A stretch of 64,000 nt of DNA, taken from positions 21,417-85,416 of the forward strand of contig JACRPL010000006.1 of the NCBI GenBank assembly GCA_016223245.1, read 5' to 3'. The DNA is from Candidatus Saganbacteria bacterium (GTDB taxonomy: Bacteria > Margulisbacteria > WOR-1 > XYC2-FULL-46-14 > XYC2-FULL-37-10). Both the position numbers and the translations under genes were made by a program. The stretch's first letter is position 1; the number at the start of each line of letters is the position of its first letter. Under the pieces are notes generated by a model, which saw nothing but the letters and a program-made list of their open reading frames with translations, was not told the origin of the DNA and did not search any database. Of the stretch, positions 46,221 to 56,515 are shown piece after piece.

Positions 46221-46814
46221 TTAAAACAACTTGCCTTTCAACATATAGCCGATCAGTGAAACATACTCCCAAACAACATACTGTGTATCTTCATGCCTGG
46301 TCCACCATTTATTCGGGTTGAATTCGCTTTTTTCTACAGGTGAAGCCATGACTTTTATGCCTTCTTTCTTGAAGAACTTCCGTGCGACTAGCCGAGACCT
46401 TCTAATATGGGTTGGAGATGTAACTAATATCACTTTTTTTGCGTCAATTTTCTTTAATATGAGCAGTGAAAACTTGATATCTTCAAACGTTGATCTTGAT
46501 CTGTCTTGCAATAAGACATCTTTTGCTGGGACGCCAAGGGATGTTGCCTGGTTCCTCATGTTTTCGGCATAAGTCAAATGCCATATTGCCGGCCCCCCGC
46601 TCATTAGGATCTTTGGCGCAAATCCTTTTTTATACAGATCAACGCCGTGAGCCGCCCTTTCACCGTTGCTGTCGCCCGCAAGCACAAGGATCACGTCGGA
46701 TTTTTCAAGTTTATCTCGGACATAAAGGAATTTTGCCATTCCGTTTAGAATGACAGGATGGAAAACAATTGCCGCAGTCATTAATATAAGGAAAACGATC
46801 AAACTTTTTTTCAT
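46221..46814 (-). CDS. YdcF/DUF218 family protein
   Basis: DVILVLAG, LMSGG, SRSTFE, LVTSPTHIRR. Confidence 0.85.
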   Translation of the reverse strand: MKKSLIVFLILMTAAIVFHPVILNGMAKFLYVRDKLEKSDVILVLAGDSNGERAAHGVDLYKKGFAPKILMSGGPAIWHLTYAENMRNQATSLGVPAKDVLLQDRSRSTFEDIKFSLLILKKIDAKKVILVTSPTHIRRSRLVARKFFKKEGIKVMASPVEKSEFNPNKWWTRHEDTQYVVWEYVSLIGYMLKGKLF

Positions 46815-46825
46815 TTTAACCTCTT

Positions 46826-47218
46826 TCAGCTAAATGAGAATTTCTTATGGCCCAAATAACTTATAATAACATTTAGAAATATGAGCGGCACTTGTGCAAT
46901 GATAGGATTTATCCTCAAAAATTCAACAATAAGCGGCAGTAAGGCCAAGTTAACAACTATTGAGAATCCATAAACAAAATAAAACCTCATATATTCCTTA
47001 AGATACTTTCCTTTAGTTTTGAAAACGAATATTTTATAGCTTATGTAAGCGTTAGTGATACTGGCAATATTGCTTATAATGAAAAGAATAAGATAGTGCA
47101 TCTTTTCGGAGAATAGCCGGTACAGCAAAATAAATGCCAAATATCCAAATATCGTATTCCAGATCCCTGCCAAGAGGTAATTGATCTTTTCTTTATGGGT
47201 ATGGAAAAAAAGCCTCAT
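46826..47218 (-). CDS. GtrA-family flippase
   Basis: 130 aa, four TMs, YLLAGIWNT, FVFK; follows a GtrB-like gene. Confidence 0.88.
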   Translation of the reverse strand: MRLFFHTHKEKINYLLAGIWNTIFGYLAFILLYRLFSEKMHYLILFIISNIASITNAYISYKIFVFKTKGKYLKEYMRFYFVYGFSIVVNLALLPLIVEFLRINPIIAQVPLIFLNVIISYLGHKKFSFS

Positions 47219-47219
47219 C

Positions 47220-48152
47220 CTAGAAATTTATTCTTTCTTTTTCAATGACCAGAGGCCTTTTTAAGACTTGCGTATGAATGGAACCTATATATTCTCCGAT
47301 GATGCCGATGAAAAACAATTGTACGGCTGAAAAGAAAAAGACCCCGATGACCAATGGCGCAATCCCTACATTGAAATTATCCCAAAAGATGATCTTATAG
47401 ATAAAATATCCAATTGCCACAAGAATGCTGATTATTGAAACAAGGAAGCCGAGCATTGTCGCAAGCCTTAGAGGAACCCTTGAATGGTTTGTGATCCCAA
47501 GCATCGCCATGTCGTAAAGAGTGTAAAAATTATTTTTTGTGATGCCATGATCACGTTTCGGCTGGATATATTCAATTATAGCGATTTCAAAGCCTAAATC
47601 ACTAATGAGCCCTCTAAAATATGGATATGGGTCATTAAGCGAGCGTAAAATATCCATTACTTTTTTATCGTACAATCCGAATCCGGTAAAATTCCGTATC
47701 TGCTTAACTTCCGACAAGCTTTCGATAATCTTATAAAATAATTGTCTAATGCTGAACATAAACTTGGATTCTTTGCTTGCCTTCTTGACGCCAATTACCA
47801 CTTTAAACCCATCTTCCCATTTTTTTGCAAAATCCTTTATCATTTCTGGCGGGTCTTGAAGATCTGCAACAATTGAAATCACAGCATCTCCATGAGCCTG
47901 CAGAAGCGCATGGTAAGGCGATCTTATATGTCCGAAGTTGCGCGTATTTACGATGATCTTAACATTCTTGTCGGTTTTTGCGATATCTTTGAGAATTGCG
48001 ACCGTTCTATCACTAGAAGCATTGTCGATAAATATATGTTCGTATCGGTAATCTTTTAAATCGGATTGGAAAATATTTTTTACGGCAGAATATATCGCCT
48101 CGATATTTTTTTCTTCGTTGAAACACGCAGTGACTACGCTGATTAATTTCAC
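47220..48152 (-). CDS. GtrB-like bactoprenol glycosyltransferase (GT2)
   Basis: CFNEE, DNASSD, RNFG, ADLQDPP, two C-terminal TMs, IIGEYIG. Confidence 0.92.
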   Translation of the reverse strand: MKLISVVTACFNEEKNIEAIYSAVKNIFQSDLKDYRYEHIFIDNASSDRTVAILKDIAKTDKNVKIIVNTRNFGHIRSPYHALLQAHGDAVISIVADLQDPPEMIKDFAKKWEDGFKVVIGVKKASKESKFMFSIRQLFYKIIESLSEVKQIRNFTGFGLYDKKVMDILRSLNDPYPYFRGLISDLGFEIAIIEYIQPKRDHGITKNNFYTLYDMAMLGITNHSRVPLRLATMLGFLVSIISILVAIGYFIYKIIFWDNFNVGIAPLVIGVFFFSAVQLFFIGIIGEYIGSIHTQVLKRPLVIEKERINF

Positions 48153-49213
48153 AATATAGCCTCCAATGCTTTTATGGCTTCAATTTTCGCAAGATCGTTA
48201 ACTTGTATCATCTTATGGTTTTCTTGCATCATTACAAGCGACAATCCTTCGCCTGTTCTTTTCTTATCCTTTTTCATGGCAGAGACTATTGCATTATGGT
48301 CGATCTTTAAGTCATTTAGATCGATCTTGACCACTGGAAGTAGAGCATTTTTAGATAAATCCTCCGATAACGTCATTGACATTAGGCCTCGATCGATAGC
48401 TACATGATTAGCTAACATTATACCAAGAACAACAGCTTGCCCATGAGGTATCTTATAATCTGTTGCGGTTTCCAATGCATGTCCGAAACAATGCCCAAAG
48501 TTCAGGATGTTCCTGCGGCCTTTATCAAATTCATCAGTTTCAATATATATTTTTTTTATTAATAGAGCCTCTCTGGTCATTTTACCGATTGTTATCAAAT
48601 CGCGTTCAAGTAACGGGCTCATTTTGGATTTGAGTTCAATTGTTTTACCGGTACCGCCGATCAAGAAGAGTTTAACCAACTCCCCGATCCCGCTTAAATA
48701 ATCGATATCAGTTAGTGTTGCCAAAAATTCAGGAATTATATATATCTCGGATGGGGGGTAAAAAGTTCCCAAAAGATTTTTGAATCCTTTATAGTTCAAT
48801 GAAGTTTTTGCCCCAATACAACTGTCGCATTGAGATAGCATGGTTGTAGGGAAAAAGATCCAATTAATTCCCCGATATATGATTGAAGCCGCAAATCCGG
48901 CAATATCCTGAAGAATACCCCCGCCTATAACAGCTAAAACAGTGTTTTTCTTTGAAGAGCGTTCAATTAAACTATCGACCAATATTTGAACGCCCTCAAA
49001 TGTTTTTTTATCTTCGCCTACTTCAAAAATAACCGCTTTTGAAGCGTCGATCTTTGAAAGCATGCTTTTATTATGTCGTTCCCAAACTTTTTTATCTATT
49101 ATGAAAAATGCTTCGTTCAATTCTGATATCTTGTCCAGTAGGTCTTTTGGAAATAAAAAATCTACGGTATAATCATTTAGTTTTGACTTGATCGAGAGAC
49201 CATCTATTGGCAT
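48149..49213 (-). CDS. 3-dehydroquinate synthase-like sugar-phosphate cyclase
   Basis: GGGILQD, RGI.W...PTT.LSQ.DS.IGAKT, KNLLGTF.PP, LNFGHCFGHALE, HGQAV. Confidence 0.88.
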   Translation of the reverse strand: MPIDGLSIKSKLNDYTVDFLFPKDLLDKISELNEAFFIIDKKVWERHNKSMLSKIDASKAVIFEVGEDKKTFEGVQILVDSLIERSSKKNTVLAVIGGGILQDIAGFAASIIYRGINWIFFPTTMLSQCDSCIGAKTSLNYKGFKNLLGTFYPPSEIYIIPEFLATLTDIDYLSGIGELVKLFLIGGTGKTIELKSKMSPLLERDLITIGKMTREALLIKKIYIETDEFDKGRRNILNFGHCFGHALETATDYKIPHGQAVVLGIMLANHVAIDRGLMSMTLSEDLSKNALLPVVKIDLNDLKIDHNAIVSAMKKDKKRTGEGLSLVMMQENHKMIQVNDLAKIEAIKALEAIL

Positions 49214-49863
49214 GTATAACCGCCGTCAATAATGATATTTTGGCCTGTAATATAAGTGTTTTTGTCCGAACAAAGAAAACAGACCAAATGTGCGATTTCA
49301 TCGATATTTGCTAAGCGACCAAGAGGGATCAGCTTTTTTATTGAAGCTATCTGTTCTTCGGAATTGTTTTGCCTGGTTAACGAAGTTTCAACAAATCCCG
49401 GAGATACGGAATTTACTAAAATACCCCTTTCCCCAAGTTCGATCGCAAGCGTTCTTGTCAATGCATTAAGTCCAGCCTTTGTCGCGGCATATACCCCTCT
49501 TCCGGGCTTTGAAACCTCACTCCAAATTGAACTAATATTAACGATGCGTCCTTTTCCCATCATAGGCACGATGCCCCTGATCAATCGTATTGGTGATGAC
49601 AAGTTTATTTTTATAGTCTCGTCGAGATCCTTATCGTCAATTTCAGAAATATTGCCGATTGGATTTATTCCCGCATTATTTACAAGAACATCAATTGATC
49701 CGGTTAATAAGGATATATAGTTAGCAACCGAAGAATTATCCGCAAGGTCCAATTCTTTTCGAGTCGGCGCAAGCACTGCAAAACCTTCTTTTTTTAAAAG
49801 ATCGGCAATTGCTTTGCCAATACCTCGCGACCCTCCGGTTACAAGCGCTTTTTTTCCGGTCAT
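49204..49863 (-). CDS. Short-chain dehydrogenase/reductase
   Basis: TGGSRGIG, NNAG, YAATK, DGG. Confidence 0.92.
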   Translation of the reverse strand: MTGKKALVTGGSRGIGKAIADLLKKEGFAVLAPTRKELDLADNSSVANYISLLTGSIDVLVNNAGINPIGNISEIDDKDLDETIKINLSSPIRLIRGIVPMMGKGRIVNISSIWSEVSKPGRGVYAATKAGLNALTRTLAIELGERGILVNSVSPGFVETSLTRQNNSEEQIASIKKLIPLGRLANIDEIAHLVCFLCSDKNTYITGQNIIIDGGYTCQ

Positions 49864-50678
49864 TCGATGCTTCCTCCCGCGTCTTTAATTAATTTGTCGT
49901 ACCTGGATTGAAGCATTTCGATCCTAATTTTATCCTCTTCAAAGATCATGCCATAGAAATCGCGTTTGTTTTTCAACCACATAAGCTCGAAACCCACAGC
50001 CTTAAGTATCCCCTTATCCGCATTATCGTTTAAGGCTTCAGGGCATTTAAATATGACTTTGCGTGTTTCATATCTATCGAGCGCTCCGGTAGGTAGCTTT
50101 TTGAAAAATGGAAGTGACGCAGCTGAAACGCCTCCGCCAATAACACATTCAAGTTTTTTTTGTTTTGATTTAAGAAGCAATTCTTTTGCAACGTCGAATA
50201 TTTTATCTGAATTAATATCTTCACGGGTTAAACCCATAGACCCAGTCATATCAACTCGTCCTAATACTATGCCATCAAGTTCGGAAATGTTTGGAAGCTT
50301 GAGCATTTCGTCAAAATTATTGGAGCCTGTAATTGTTTCAATATTAATTAATAAAGAAACCCCATCTCTTTCATCTTTTGGGAATGCCAATTTTGCAGCT
50401 TGCAAATATTTCTTTAATGCATATTGCGATTCGATCATTGGAGCGACTATGCGAGCCACTCCTATCGATCTTGAGTCATACATATCTTTTATCGCTTCGC
50501 ACCCGCCTATTTTAATCGTAAGATCAAGGCCTGCTTTTGATATAACTTCTTTTAAACGCAAAGCTTCTTCGAGCCTGGTACCCTCTGCCTCAAATTCAGC
50601 CTTTATTCCAATGACGTGATGGTTTTCCTTAAGGTCCAAAAGGACCGAAACCATTTTTTTCTCTAAATTATTCATCAT
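49860..50678 (-). CDS. HpcH/HpaI aldolase / citrate-lyase-beta family protein
   Basis: KAEFEAEG, KIGGCEA, APMIES, INIET, GRVD. Confidence 0.75.
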   Translation of the reverse strand: MMNNLEKKMVSVLLDLKENHHVIGIKAEFEAEGTRLEEALRLKEVISKAGLDLTIKIGGCEAIKDMYDSRSIGVARIVAPMIESQYALKKYLQAAKLAFPKDERDGVSLLINIETITGSNNFDEMLKLPNISELDGIVLGRVDMTGSMGLTREDINSDKIFDVAKELLLKSKQKKLECVIGGGVSAASLPFFKKLPTGALDRYETRKVIFKCPEALNDNADKGILKAVGFELMWLKNKRDFYGMIFEEDKIRIEMLQSRYDKLIKDAGGSIE

Positions 50679-52488
50679 TATCCTCCAATTCTTTTATCAA
50701 CATATTGCTTTTGAACTCTTCTCTTGGAAGGAACGGGAACATATCTTCCAATGGTTTTGATCTCATTTTACCGTTCTTTAGTTTAACAGAAGATAGCTTT
50801 GGTTCAAACCTGTAAGTAGGATCAAGAATGACCTCGATAACAGCTGGTCCGCGCTTATTAAGGATCGCCGCAATGTCATTCTTAAGTGATTTTTGATTTT
50901 TTATGGTAACAGCACTTATCCCGTAAGCTTTTGCAATTTTCGTAATATCCGGAAAAGTAACTCCGGTTTCCGGACAACAAGCAACTCGCCTCCCTTCAAA
51001 GAAAGAATCTTGAGTTTGTTTTATCGAGCAATAGCCCTGATTATTAAGAACAAATATCTTTATCGGAAGCTTAAGGCCTGCAACTGTTTGCAATTCCTGC
51101 ATATTCATTTGCAGACTGCCGTCGCCTGCAATACAGATAACCTCTTTTTTGTTTGCCGCAATACAAGCACCGATAGCAGCCGGCAAGTCGTATCCCATCG
51201 AGGCGCATCCCGAATTCCAGAACATCCTTTGATTTGGTTTAACAATTCCTGCTTGAAAAACCGATACACATGCCGTGCCATTTCCCGCCACAACAATTGC
51301 ATTAGATCTAAGCTGATTTGTTAGAACATCGATAAAATAATATGGGTTGATTGATTTCTTAAGTTTTTTATATTCCGGTAGTACAGTAGGATATTTCTTC
51401 TTGCGCTCTGTACACCAGATTAGCCATTCTTTGGGGATCGATATGTTTTTCCAGGCAATCGTTGTGTATAATGCCTCTAAGAAATATTTAGCATCGCAAT
51501 TTATTGCAATATCAGGTTTCAACGTAGGTTTATTAAGTTCTGTTGGATCAATATCTATTACTATCTTTTTTGCTTCTCTTGCGACAGTTTCCCAGTTATA
51601 ACTAACCTGCCTGATATTGTTCCTGGTCCCGATATATAATACCAGATCGGAGTTTTGGAGTGCAAAGTTTCCGGCTCTTGTTCCCACTGTTCCAATTCTT
51701 CCGATAAACAATGGATGATCCGAAGGAATTTGATCAAATCCATTAAAAGTTGAAAGGACAGGAATTCTTAGCTTTTCGATGACCTTTTTGAATATTTTTA
51801 GTGAGCCTGACAATCTTATCCCATGTCCTGCGACTATTACTGGTCTTTTAGCGTTTTTCAGCAATTCAATTGTTTTTGCAATCTTAGAATTTATTTCATC
51901 ATTGGCAAACTTGATCTCGTCTTCTTTTTTATCGTAGCCTGTCAAATTGTTCTCATCAACCATTGAAGACTGGACGTCAAGCGGCACATCTAACCAAACA
52001 GGCCCAGGACGGCCTGACATCGCCAAATAGAGAGCTTTTTCTAAATAGTACCTGATCTTATATGGATCTTCGACATATACTGCATATTTTGTAACCGGTT
52101 TTACAATGTCTACGATATTGATCTCCTGATCTCCTAATTGCCTTAATTTCTGATCAGGATAAGATTCAATTGTCGTTTCCCTCTTAACCTGCCCCGAAAT
52201 ATATATTACTGGAATTGAATCAAGCCATTGGCCTATCACGCCGGTCATGGTATTTGTTCCACCAGGTCCAGATGTTATGATAACGCAGCCGATCTTTCCG
52301 GAGACCCTAAAATATCCTTCTGCTCCGATCGCGGATGCTTGCTCATGATGGTTGCAAATATATCTGATTTTCTTGCTTTTGCCCACGGAATCATTTAAAT
52401 GCATAGCTCCGCCGCCTGAGATCATAAAAACGTCTTTTATCCCGTATTCTTCAAGCTTTTTTACTATGTAATCCGAAACTTTGATCAT
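50668..52488 (-). CDS. Thiamine diphosphate-dependent enzyme (acetolactate synthase-like, YerE-like)
   Basis: HHEQAS, TSGPGGTN, GRPGPVWLD, GDGSLQMN..EL, LNN.GY; located inside a sugar cluster. Confidence 0.9.
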   Translation of the reverse strand: MIKVSDYIVKKLEEYGIKDVFMISGGGAMHLNDSVGKSKKIRYICNHHEQASAIGAEGYFRVSGKIGCVIITSGPGGTNTMTGVIGQWLDSIPVIYISGQVKRETTIESYPDQKLRQLGDQEINIVDIVKPVTKYAVYVEDPYKIRYYLEKALYLAMSGRPGPVWLDVPLDVQSSMVDENNLTGYDKKEDEIKFANDEINSKIAKTIELLKNAKRPVIVAGHGIRLSGSLKIFKKVIEKLRIPVLSTFNGFDQIPSDHPLFIGRIGTVGTRAGNFALQNSDLVLYIGTRNNIRQVSYNWETVAREAKKIVIDIDPTELNKPTLKPDIAINCDAKYFLEALYTTIAWKNISIPKEWLIWCTERKKKYPTVLPEYKKLKKSINPYYFIDVLTNQLRSNAIVVAGNGTACVSVFQAGIVKPNQRMFWNSGCASMGYDLPAAIGACIAANKKEVICIAGDGSLQMNMQELQTVAGLKLPIKIFVLNNQGYCSIKQTQDSFFEGRRVACCPETGVTFPDITKIAKAYGISAVTIKNQKSLKNDIAAILNKRGPAVIEVILDPTYRFEPKLSSVKLKNGKMRSKPLEDMFPFLPREEFKSNMLIKELEDNDE

Positions 52489-53237
52489 ATTGATATAGTT
52501 ATCCCGTCTGTGGCGGCTATTGTATTCTTAAAGATATTTCTTACTTGTTTCTGTGCAGTTTTTCTTTCTTTAAGCGTTTGATATACTTCGGCGTCAAAAT
52601 GTGTAAGAACCAACTTCTTTGATTTTGAAACCTTTGCAATTTCTGCTGCTGTCGCGGGAGTTAAGTGCGGCCATTCGGAGTGGTCCATACCAAGCTTAAA
52701 TGCACATTCGGAGATGATAAGGTCTGATCTTTGAGCCAGCCTGATCGCATTATCGCAATACCCAGTATCGGTGATGTAACTTATTACTTTGCCCGAAAAA
52801 TTAAGCCTGTATCCATATGACGGGACAACATGCAATAATATCTTGTAGTCCTCTAAAAACGATATTTCTTTTGATCGTTTCTTTAAATCAACAATTTTAA
52901 CTTTTGTTTTAAGCAGATCAAGTGGCGCGGTATATGGCTTATTGATAAATTCATGAGCGGTCTTAACATAATTACCAGGCAGACAAAGCGAAATCCCCTG
53001 CTTAAAATTAAATTTTGCCAAAACATGAAGACCTATAACATGATCGAGATGGAAGTGGCTTATAAAAAGAAAGATCGGTTTTTTTGATCTAATATATTTA
53101 TCCAGTTTATAAATACCATTGCCAGCATCCAAAATAACGTATTCGTTAGGCGTTTCAATTAAAAGGCTTACGGTATTACCGCAATCGGTGTCATACCAAC
53201 CGTTCGTTCCCAGAAATGTGATCTTTATCTTTTGCAT
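52485..53237 (-). CDS. Metallo-beta-lactamase fold hydrolase (RNase Z-like)
   Basis: FLGTNG, LDAG, SHFHLDH, TDTG, LTHF. Confidence 0.85.
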   Translation of the reverse strand: MQKIKITFLGTNGWYDTDCGNTVSLLIETPNEYVILDAGNGIYKLDKYIRSKKPIFLFISHFHLDHVIGLHVLAKFNFKQGISLCLPGNYVKTAHEFINKPYTAPLDLLKTKVKIVDLKKRSKEISFLEDYKILLHVVPSYGYRLNFSGKVISYITDTGYCDNAIRLAQRSDLIISECAFKLGMDHSEWPHLTPATAAEIAKVSKSKKLVLTHFDAEVYQTLKERKTAQKQVRNIFKNTIAATDGITISI

Positions 53238-53248
53238 ATTAATCCCTT

Positions 53249-54127
53249 CTATTTATCAAAAAGCAATAGTTCTTTATCGATCTTACTCTTATTTTCAACA
53301 TACCAATCATATAATTTACGGATAGATTCTTCAATAGGCGTGAGCTTGAGGCCTTCAATCTCTGTTTTTAATCGTGAATTGTCGCCGCTGTATTCGGTCT
53401 CTTGACCTTCCTGTTGAATTTTTATCGGAAGGTCTTTTTTCGAGACTTTAAGCACGATCTTTGCAATTTCTTTTAGTTCGATAGATCTATCGGGTGCAAT
53501 ATTGTATGCTTTGTGCTTATTTGTACAAACAATGAAATGCTCAATAACTAAACATAAGTCATCAATACTAATATAATCGAATTTTCTGTTTTGCTTTATT
53601 GTGATAGGAAGATCGAATATTGTCTTGCATATCGCATTTGAGATGAATCTAATCGCATAATCCTCATATTTCCCAAAAACTCCAAAAGGCCTAAGTTCGA
53701 CAATGTTATCGGTTTTTTCTAAATACTTTGCGCAGAGATATTTTGAAAAGCCACCTTCATCATCTGGAACATTTACATCGAAATACTCTTCTTTCATTTT
53801 CGGCAGATAATGATCTATGCCATATACCAGGCCGGAGCTCAAAAAAATCATTTTCTTGAACTTTTTTTCGTTTCTTGCTATGTTGAAGAACATTCTTGTA
53901 TTTTGCTCTAATTGTTTTGAGGGATCTTTCGCGTTTCTATGTCCGGGGCGGACGGCGGAATGGACCATGATATCAATATTATTATTCTTAAAATAATTTT
54001 CTACAGCTATCGAATCAATTAAGTCTAGCTCAGCGCGTGTGGGTGATAAAATATCGTATTTTTCACCAAAATATTCGATCAAGTTCTTTCCCACAAAACC
54101 CGATCCGCCTGTAATAAGCAGTTTCAT
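53249..54127 (-). CDS. NAD-dependent epimerase/reductase
   Basis: GGSGFVG; atypical GGFSK in place of YxxxK; LRPFGVFG. Confidence 0.85.
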   Translation of the reverse strand: MKLLITGGSGFVGKNLIEYFGEKYDILSPTRAELDLIDSIAVENYFKNNNIDIMVHSAVRPGHRNAKDPSKQLEQNTRMFFNIARNEKKFKKMIFLSSGLVYGIDHYLPKMKEEYFDVNVPDDEGGFSKYLCAKYLEKTDNIVELRPFGVFGKYEDYAIRFISNAICKTIFDLPITIKQNRKFDYISIDDLCLVIEHFIVCTNKHKAYNIAPDRSIELKEIAKIVLKVSKKDLPIKIQQEGQETEYSGDNSRLKTEIEGLKLTPIEESIRKLYDWYVENKSKIDKELLLFDK

Positions 54128-55467
54128 CGTTTTACTGCTTTTCTGATCTCATCCAACATGAAATCGATCATTTCTTTTGTCATTCCAGGATATACTCCAA
54201 CCCAAAAAGTATTATTCATGATAAGATCGGTATTTTTCAGATCGCCGACCACTCGATATCCTTTTTTATTCTTGCGCATTTCATCAAAACACGGATGCTT
54301 GGTCATATTCCCGGCAAAAAGCATCCTGGTTTGAATCCCTTTTGACTCGAGATGATGGACTATCTCATTTCTCGTAATACATGCGTCATCTTTTACGGTC
54401 AAAAGAAAACCAAACCAGCTGGGGAGAGAATTCCTTTCGGCTTTGGGAAGGATGAAAATATCATCAAGCTTTGACAGTCCATCACGAAGCATTTTCCAAT
54501 TTGCCCGCCGTGCTTTAATGAACGAGGGAAGTTTTTCCAACTGCGCGCATCCTATTGCCGCTTGCATATCAGTAACTTTTAGATTGTATCCGAAATGTGA
54601 ATATATATATTTATGGTCATATCCATACGGAAGTTCGCCTAATTGCCATTTGAAACGCTTTTTACAGGAATTATCTTGTCCGGATGGGCACCAGCAGTCC
54701 CTGCCCCAATCGCGGAATGAATTGACGATCTTATTTAGCATGGGATCATTTGTGTAAACTGCTCCGCCTTCGCCCATAGTTATTTGGTGCGCCGGGAAAA
54801 AGCTTGAAGTCGCTATATCCCCGAAAGTCCCGGTATAAGCCCATTTGCCATGAAGCTTATATTTAGAACCCAAAGAATCGCAATTATCTTCGATCGACCA
54901 AATTTTATGTTTGGAACAAAATTCTTTAACTTTCTGGATATTAAAAGGATTTCCAAGCGTATGGGCTATAATTACTGCTTTCGTTTTTTTCGACAACGCC
55001 GCTTCAAGCTGTACGCAATCAATGTTGTAGCTTGGGAGAGCGACATCAACAAATACAGGAACGGCGCCATATTGGATGATCGGTGAGATCGTTGTCGGAA
55101 ATCCTGCTGCTACCGTAATTACTTCATCGCCTTTCTTGATCCTTCTATCCCCGAGCTTTGGCGATGTGAGCGCCATAAAGGCCAATAAATTTGCGGATGA
55201 CCCCGAATTAACAAGAGAACAATATTTTACCCCGATAAATTTTGCGAAGCCTTGTTCGAATTTTTCCGCATATCTTCCCGTCGTTAGCCAAAAATCCAAA
55301 GATGAATCTATCAGATTTGAGATCTCTTTTTCATCATAAACTCGCCCGGCGTAAGGAATTTTGTCTCCAGCGGAATATTTGTGTTTCTTTTTCGATCTGT
55401 AAAAATCAATAGCCGCATTAATTGTTTTTTTTCTTAATTCCGCTTCATTTCCCATAATATCCCTCAA
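54124..55467 (-). CDS. rfbH: CDP-4-keto-6-deoxy-D-glucose 3-dehydratase (E1, DdhC)
   Basis: DFWLTTG, NSGSSANL, EDNCD, SFFPAH (His in place of the Schiff-base Lys), WGRDCWC. Confidence 0.93.
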   Translation of the reverse strand: MRDIMGNEAELRKKTINAAIDFYRSKKKHKYSAGDKIPYAGRVYDEKEISNLIDSSLDFWLTTGRYAEKFEQGFAKFIGVKYCSLVNSGSSANLLAFMALTSPKLGDRRIKKGDEVITVAAGFPTTISPIIQYGAVPVFVDVALPSYNIDCVQLEAALSKKTKAVIIAHTLGNPFNIQKVKEFCSKHKIWSIEDNCDSLGSKYKLHGKWAYTGTFGDIATSSFFPAHQITMGEGGAVYTNDPMLNKIVNSFRDWGRDCWCPSGQDNSCKKRFKWQLGELPYGYDHKYIYSHFGYNLKVTDMQAAIGCAQLEKLPSFIKARRANWKMLRDGLSKLDDIFILPKAERNSLPSWFGFLLTVKDDACITRNEIVHHLESKGIQTRMLFAGNMTKHPCFDEMRKNKKGYRVVGDLKNTDLIMNNTFWVGVYPGMTKEMIDFMLDEIRKAVKR

Positions 55468-56509
55468 TTTGCTTTAAACAAACCTCTCTGATATCTTTTC
55501 CGGCTGCATATGCTTTTGTGAAATCAATGACCATATCAAGCGCTTTTTCAAGGCCTAATTTTGGCCTCCATTTGAGCCTTGATCTGGATTTTGAGGCGTC
55601 AAGCATAAGATAATGCGCTTCATGGGGATGCTTGCCTTTTGCCATTTCATAACAAGCTCCATTTCCCCACTTTTTGCATAATTCTTTTGTAAGCCAAATA
55701 ACCGGCTTCGCGTCTTTTTTTTTGGGTCCAAAATTCCAAGCTTCGGCAAATTTGCCGGGTTTTTCGTACAATTTTCGCGCCAGCAGCAAATATCCGGTCA
55801 AAGGTTCCAATACATGCTGCCATGGCCTTACAGCTTTCGGGTTTCTTATAAGTATTTTCTCGCTTTTTGAAATTGCCCTAATAAAATCCGGAACAAGCCT
55901 GTCGCTTGCCCAATCTCCTCCGCCTATCACATTTCCGGCCCTTGCTGTTGCAATATTTAATCCGAAGGAATCCCTGTAAGACGCAGTAACTATCTCTGAA
56001 CAAGCTTTACTGCTTGAATATGGATCATATCCGCCTAGCGGGTCATTTTCTCTAAATCCCCTTGACCCTTGCCCCGATTTCCGCATCGGGGCTTGCCCCT
56101 TGTTCTCATATACTTTATCGGTCGTAATATTTATTGCTGCCTTAACGCTATTGCATGCTCTGACCGCCTCTAATAAATTCACAGTACCAAAAATATTTAT
56201 TTCATAAGTTTCGACCGGGATAACGTAAGAATCTCGGACTATGGGCTGTGCCGCCATATGGATGACTATTTCCGGTTGAGCCTTTTTAATTTCAGCTTTT
56301 ATCCGATCTTTATCCCTGATATCGGCAATGATAGATCTTACGGATTTATCTAAATTGCAAAGATCGTACAAGCATGGTTCAGTCGACGGATTTAAAGCGT
56401 AGCCCGTAATATTTGCGCCGAAATGATCTAACATCAGGCAAAGCCATGAGCCCTTAAAACCGGTATGACCTGTTATGAAGACTCTCTTATCTTTCCAAAA
56501 ATTTGTCAT
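55445..56509 (-). CDS. rfbG: CDP-glucose 4,6-dehydratase
   Basis: TGHTGFKGSWL, HMAAQP, DPYSSSK, RAGNVIGGGDW, RPWQHVLEPL. Confidence 0.96.
   Translation of the reverse strand: MTNFWKDKRVFITGHTGFKGSWLCLMLDHFGANITGYALNPSTEPCLYDLCNLDKSVRSIIADIRDKDRIKAEIKKAQPEIVIHMAAQPIVRDSYVIPVETYEINIFGTVNLLEAVRACNSVKAAINITTDKVYENKGQAPMRKSGQGSRGFRENDPLGGYDPYSSSKACSEIVTASYRDSFGLNIATARAGNVIGGGDWASDRLVPDFIRAISKSEKILIRNPKAVRPWQHVLEPLTGYLLLARKLYEKPGKFAEAWNFGPKKKDAKPVIWLTKELCKKWGNGACYEMAKGKHPHEAHYLMLDASKSRSRLKWRPKLGLEKALDMVIDFTKAYAAGKDIREVCLKQIEGYYGK
56068..56099. repeat. GC-rich hairpin in frame in rfbG
   Basis: gccccgat ttccgc atcggggc overlapped by cttgcccc direct repeats; encodes GQAPMRKSGQ. Confidence 0.7.
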
Positions 56510-56515
56510 TTGACA

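Noticed and set aside
48149-52488. Housekeeping aroB and ilvB assignments
   Set aside because: No aroK/aroC or ilvN/ilvC neighbours and both genes are embedded in a glycan cluster, so gene symbols were withheld.
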